Assembly: GCA_964426125.1 (NCBI GenBank)
Contig: CAYROZ010000001.1
Location: forward strand, 1-45,255
Direction: 5' to 3'
Origin: an uncultured Oscillospiraceae bacterium
GTDB taxonomy: Bacteria; Bacillota; Clostridia; Oscillospirales; Oscillospiraceae
DNA length: 45,255 nucleotides
Shown here one piece after another: positions 42,425 through 45,255 of this stretch (its first letter is position 1; the number at the start of each line of letters is the position of its first letter). Under the pieces are notes generated by a model. The model was given only the letters and a program-made list of their open reading frames with translations. It had not been told where the DNA came from and searched no databases. The position numbers and the translations under genes are program-made.

Positions 42425-42453
42425 TTGCTTTTCTCGGAAAGTTCTCTTATAAT
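42425..42453 (+). promoter_or_regulatory. Promoter of the D,D-carboxypeptidase gene
   Basis: TTGCTT (42425..42430), 17-nt spacer, consensus TATAAT (42448..42453). A divergent minus-strand extended -10 TGgTATGAT (-10 at 42498..42493) may serve comEA. Confidence 0.7.
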
Positions 42454-42520
42454 ATAGCGTACCGATGCTGTGCGGATGCGGCAGCTGACTTCATCATACC
42501 ATATTTACGCGGAGATTAAC

Positions 42521-44056
42521 ATGAAAAAATCAAAAATCCTCCTGCTTGTTGTCATAATTGCTCTTGTTGCTTCCATGCTGGCGCTGCCTGCCGCGGCGGT
42601 GGATGACCCCACCATTTCGGCCCAGGCCGCCGTTTTGATGGACACGAATACCGGCGTTGTGTACTACGCGCACAATGCCGATGAGCAGCGCGCGCCGGCA
42701 AGCACCACCAAGATCATGACCGCGCTGCTGGTCATCGAGGCGATCGAAAACGGCCAGTTCACGCTGGACGACTCCGTTTCCGCTTCCGACAACTGCCAAA
42801 ACGGCATGGACGAGGACAGCTCCAATGCCAATCCCACCATCGCCCCGGGCGAGGTGCTCACGGTGCGCGATCTGCTTTACTGCGCCATGCTTGTCAGCGC
42901 AAACGAGGCCTGCAACATTCTGGCGGAGTATACCGCCGGCTCCATCAGCGAGTTTGTTTCCCAGATGAACGCGCGCGCGGCGGAGCTTGGCTGCACGAGC
43001 ACCCACTTCACAAACCCCAATGGTCTGGAGGATTCCGGCCACTACTCCACCGCCCGCGACATGGCGCTCATCGCGCAGGAGGCCGTCAGCCACGACCAGT
43101 TCGTCGCGCTGTGCTCCGCCTCGAGCTATACCGTTGGCGCCACGAACGTGAACGATTCGCGCAAGCTTTCCAACACCAACCGCTTCGTTGACCCCGACAG
43201 CAGCTACTACGACCCCGACATCTACGGCGTGAAAACCGGCTACTTTGAAAACGCCGGCGGCTGTCTGGTCACGGCCATCGACCGCGACGATACCGACCTG
43301 ATCTGCGTGATCCTCGGCGGCGTGATCGAGGGCGACAGCGATCTGCGCTACGACGACACGCGCACGCTGTTTAACTGGCTGTATGAAAACTACAGCTACC
43401 AGCAGGTGCTCTCGTCCACGGACTCCGTGATCAACGTGCCGGTGGCGCTGGCCACGAGCGAGACGGTGGCGGGCCGCCCGGACACGAGCATCAACATTCT
43501 GCTGCCGAACGATTTCGATCTGGACAGCGTGGAATATGAATATGTGATCTACAGCGAGCGGGACGCCTCGCCGCTGGTGGCGCCGGTGAGCGCCGGAACC
43601 ATTCTGGGCGAGGTGACCGTGAGCGCGGACGGCCGCGTGTTCGACACGGTGAACATCGTTGCCACGAACACGGCGGCGCTGTCGAAGAGCGTGTATCTGA
43701 AAAACGCCCTGAAGACCATTTTGCAGCAGCCGGTGGTCCACAAGCTGCTGGTGATCCTCATCATCGTTGTGGCGCTGTATCTCATTTTGTCGTTTTTCTA
43801 TGTGGTGCAGCACAGCCGCTACAAGCGCTCGCTGCGGCAGGCCCGCCGCGCCCGCGCGGAGCATCTGGCCGTGTATGAAAACTTCCCGGAGGCCGCTGTG
43901 GAGCCGGAGGAATACGAGGACGAGGAACCCGCTGAGCGCGGGGCCGGATTCTTCTCGCGCCTGATGGAAAACATCCGCGACCGGATGCAGGCTGCCGACC
44001 AGGGCGAGGAGGAACTCGACGAGGAAGAAACCGAGGACGACGTTCTCCCCCGCTGA
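42521..44056 (+). CDS. D-alanyl-D-alanine carboxypeptidase (S11, PBP5 type) with C-terminal TM and acidic tail
   Basis: Start at ATG 42521 (SD GGAGATTAAC). Signal peptide. SxxK (ASTTKIM), SxN (SANEA) and KTG (VKTGY) motifs. TM LLVILIIVVALYLILSFFYVV followed by an 80-aa D/E-rich tail. Confidence 0.9.
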   Translation: MKKSKILLLVVIIALVASMLALPAAAVDDPTISAQAAVLMDTNTGVVYYAHNADEQRAPASTTKIMTALLVIEAIENGQFTLDDSVSASDNCQNGMDEDSSNANPTIAPGEVLTVRDLLYCAMLVSANEACNILAEYTAGSISEFVSQMNARAAELGCTSTHFTNPNGLEDSGHYSTARDMALIAQEAVSHDQFVALCSASSYTVGATNVNDSRKLSNTNRFVDPDSSYYDPDIYGVKTGYFENAGGCLVTAIDRDDTDLICVILGGVIEGDSDLRYDDTRTLFNWLYENYSYQQVLSSTDSVINVPVALATSETVAGRPDTSINILLPNDFDLDSVEYEYVIYSERDASPLVAPVSAGTILGEVTVSADGRVFDTVNIVATNTAALSKSVYLKNALKTILQQPVVHKLLVILIIVVALYLILSFFYVVQHSRYKRSLRQARRARAEHLAVYENFPEAAVEPEEYEDEEPAERGAGFFSRLMENIRDRMQAADQGEEELDEEETEDDVLPR

Positions 44057-44071
44057 CAAAAACCGAATGAA

Positions 44072-44113
44072 AAGAACCCATGCATCCGCGGATGCATGGG
44101 TTCTTTCTTTTTT
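44072..44113. terminator. Bidirectional terminator (perfect 30-bp palindrome)
   Basis: GAACCCATGCATCCG|CGGATGCATGGGTTC (44074..44103), extendable by 2 A-T pairs. T-rich run downstream and A-run upstream. Sits between convergent genes. Confidence 0.85.
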
Positions 44114-44120
44114 AAATTTT

Positions 44121-45255
44121 TCAAACCGTGGTCTGGCTCTCGCGGCCCAGCGGGCGGTAGACCGTGAGCATCATGGTGACAAAGCAGGCGGTCGCGCCCA
44201 GATAATCGGAGATCGGCTCCGCCAGATATGCGCCCGTCACGCCCCAGAACTGCGGCAGCAGCAGCGTGGCCGGGACCACGATGAAGGCCTTGCGCAAAAG
44301 CGAGAAGAACACGGCCTGCTTGCTTTTTCCAAGGGCTGTGAAAGTGTTCTGGCCGACGAACTGCAGCCCCATGATCCAAAAGCCGCACATATAAAGCCGC
44401 ATGGCTCCGCGCCCGGCCTCCAGCAGCGCTGCGTCTGCGGTGTAGATCTTAAACAGCAGCGCCGGGGCGGCCTCCGCCAGCAGACACATGGCCGTGCAGT
44501 AGCCGATGGTGATCCAGAACACGAAGCGGATGCCCGCGCGCACGCGGTCGTAGAGCTTTGCGCCGTAGTTATAGCCGAACACGGGCTGGCAGCCCTGCGT
44601 GATGCCGCGCGGCACCATCATGAATATATCGCGCAGACTCATCAGGATCGTCATCACGCCAACGCCCACGTTGCCGCCCCATACGAGCAGCACCCGGTTT
44701 GTGACCAGCTCCACGAGCGAGTTGGTCACGCCGAACACGAAGCTGGCCGAGCCGAGCGCGAGAATACGCCGCACGACCTTTTTGTCCAGCCGCATATCCC
44801 GCCAGTCGAGCCGGATGGCGATCTTCTTGCCGCGCAGAAACAGCAGCACCCACACGGCGGAGGCCGCCTGCGAGATCACGGTGGCCACGGCCGCGCCGCG
44901 CACGCCCATGCCGAGCGCATAGATGAAGATGGGGTCGAGAATGAGATTCAAAACTGCGCCGAACGCGACCGTGAGCATCCCTGTTTTGGCAAAGCCCTGG
45001 GCGTTTATGTGGAAGTTCATGCCCGAGGCGATCATCACAAATTCCGTGCCCAGCAGGTAGATGATGAGATAATCGCGCGCGTAGGGCAGCGTTTGCTCCG
45101 AGGCGCCGAAAAACAGCAGCAGCGGGTCCATGAAGCACAAAAACACCGCCGGAACGACGAGTCCTGCGATCAGCAGCATGGCAAAGGAATTGCCCACCAC
45201 GCGTCCCGCGCCCTTTTCGTCGTGGCAGCCGCGGGCGATCGACACCAGCGGCGCG
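44121..45255 (-). CDS. MATE family efflux transporter (5' end beyond the window)
   Basis: Polytopic hydrophobic ORF that is open to the window edge. MATE-like repeats (IILDPIFIYALGMGVRGAAVATVISQ). The listed ATG 45245 is probably internal. Confidence 0.85.
   Translation of the reverse strand, partial: APLVSIARGCHDEKGAGRVVGNSFAMLLIAGLVVPAVFLCFMDPLLLFFGASEQTLPYARDYLIIYLLGTEFVMIASGMNFHINAQGFAKTGMLTVAFGAVLNLILDPIFIYALGMGVRGAAVATVISQAASAVWVLLFLRGKKIAIRLDWRDMRLDKKVVRRILALGSASFVFGVTNSLVELVTNRVLLVWGGNVGVGVMTILMSLRDIFMMVPRGITQGCQPVFGYNYGAKLYDRVRAGIRFVFWITIGYCTAMCLLAEAAPALLFKIYTADAALLEAGRGAMRLYMCGFWIMGLQFVGQNTFTALGKSKQAVFFSLLRKAFIVVPATLLLPQFWGVTGAYLAEPISDYLGATACFVTMMLTVYRPLGRESQTTV

Noticed and set aside
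44074-44103. Perfect 30-bp palindrome as a possible recombination or operator site.
   Set aside because: It sits between two convergent stop codons and is flanked by A-runs and T-runs. An ordinary bidirectional intrinsic terminator explains it fully.
1-45255. Search for CRISPR arrays, transposases, integrases, phage genes, toxin-antitoxin pairs or recognisable defence-system enzymes.
   Set aside because: None of the supported ORFs shows nuclease, reverse-transcriptase, recombinase or defence-type ATPase motifs. No spaced direct-repeat array was seen by eye.

Overview
GC-rich, Firmicutes/Clostridia-type chromosomal segment. The assignment rests on AT-rich intergenic spacers with extended -10 promoters, GerM, PrsA-like and ComEA genes, and strong GGAGG ribosome-binding sites. 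It is densely coded with about 40 genes, and many adjacent genes overlap by 4 nt (ATGA/GTGA), which suggests translational coupling. No rRNA, CRISPR array, transposase, integrase or phage gene is visible.

Left part (1-12.7 kb, all minus strand except a chagasin-like gene and a tRNA):
- MATE efflux gene with a structured leader
- S41 peptidase, OmpR-type response regulator and histidine kinase in one operon
- UBA/DUF4342-like membrane protein and a PylC-like ATP-grasp protein
- chagasin-family lipoprotein
- tightly overlapped polA-rimI-tsaD-tsaE-tsaB-upp operon
- stand-alone tRNA-Ser(CGA)

Middle part (12.7-32.8 kb) looks accessory and is the most interesting:
- sigma-70/ECF-like factor, DUF4367-type membrane protein and lipoprotein in one operon
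- secreted protein carrying a DxxSGAT flavinylation-type motif
- GltD-like NAD(P)H oxidoreductase coupled to a ferredoxin-domain FAD_binding_2 enzyme, with a divergent HxlR regulator
- family-5 ABC importer ending in a stand-alone 5'-nucleotidase C-terminal-domain protein
- two further coupled FAD_binding_2 flavoenzymes, divergent from three tandem long NTF2/SnoaL-like paralogs that share a Pro-rich C-terminal motif

I consider the flavoenzyme/NTF2 cluster, with its neighbouring transporter and reductase module, the best candidate for an undescribed small-molecule system. A steroid, bile-acid or polyphenol substrate is a hypothesis only.

Right part (32.8-45.3 kb): PrsA-like PPIase, polysaccharide deacetylase, acidic zinc-ribbon protein, efp, Xaa-Pro aminopeptidase, GerM lipoprotein, WalRK-like two-component system headed by comEA, a PBP5-type D,D-carboxypeptidase, and a second MATE gene truncated by the window end.

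All functional calls come from motif recognition by eye in the translated ORFs. No database search was run.
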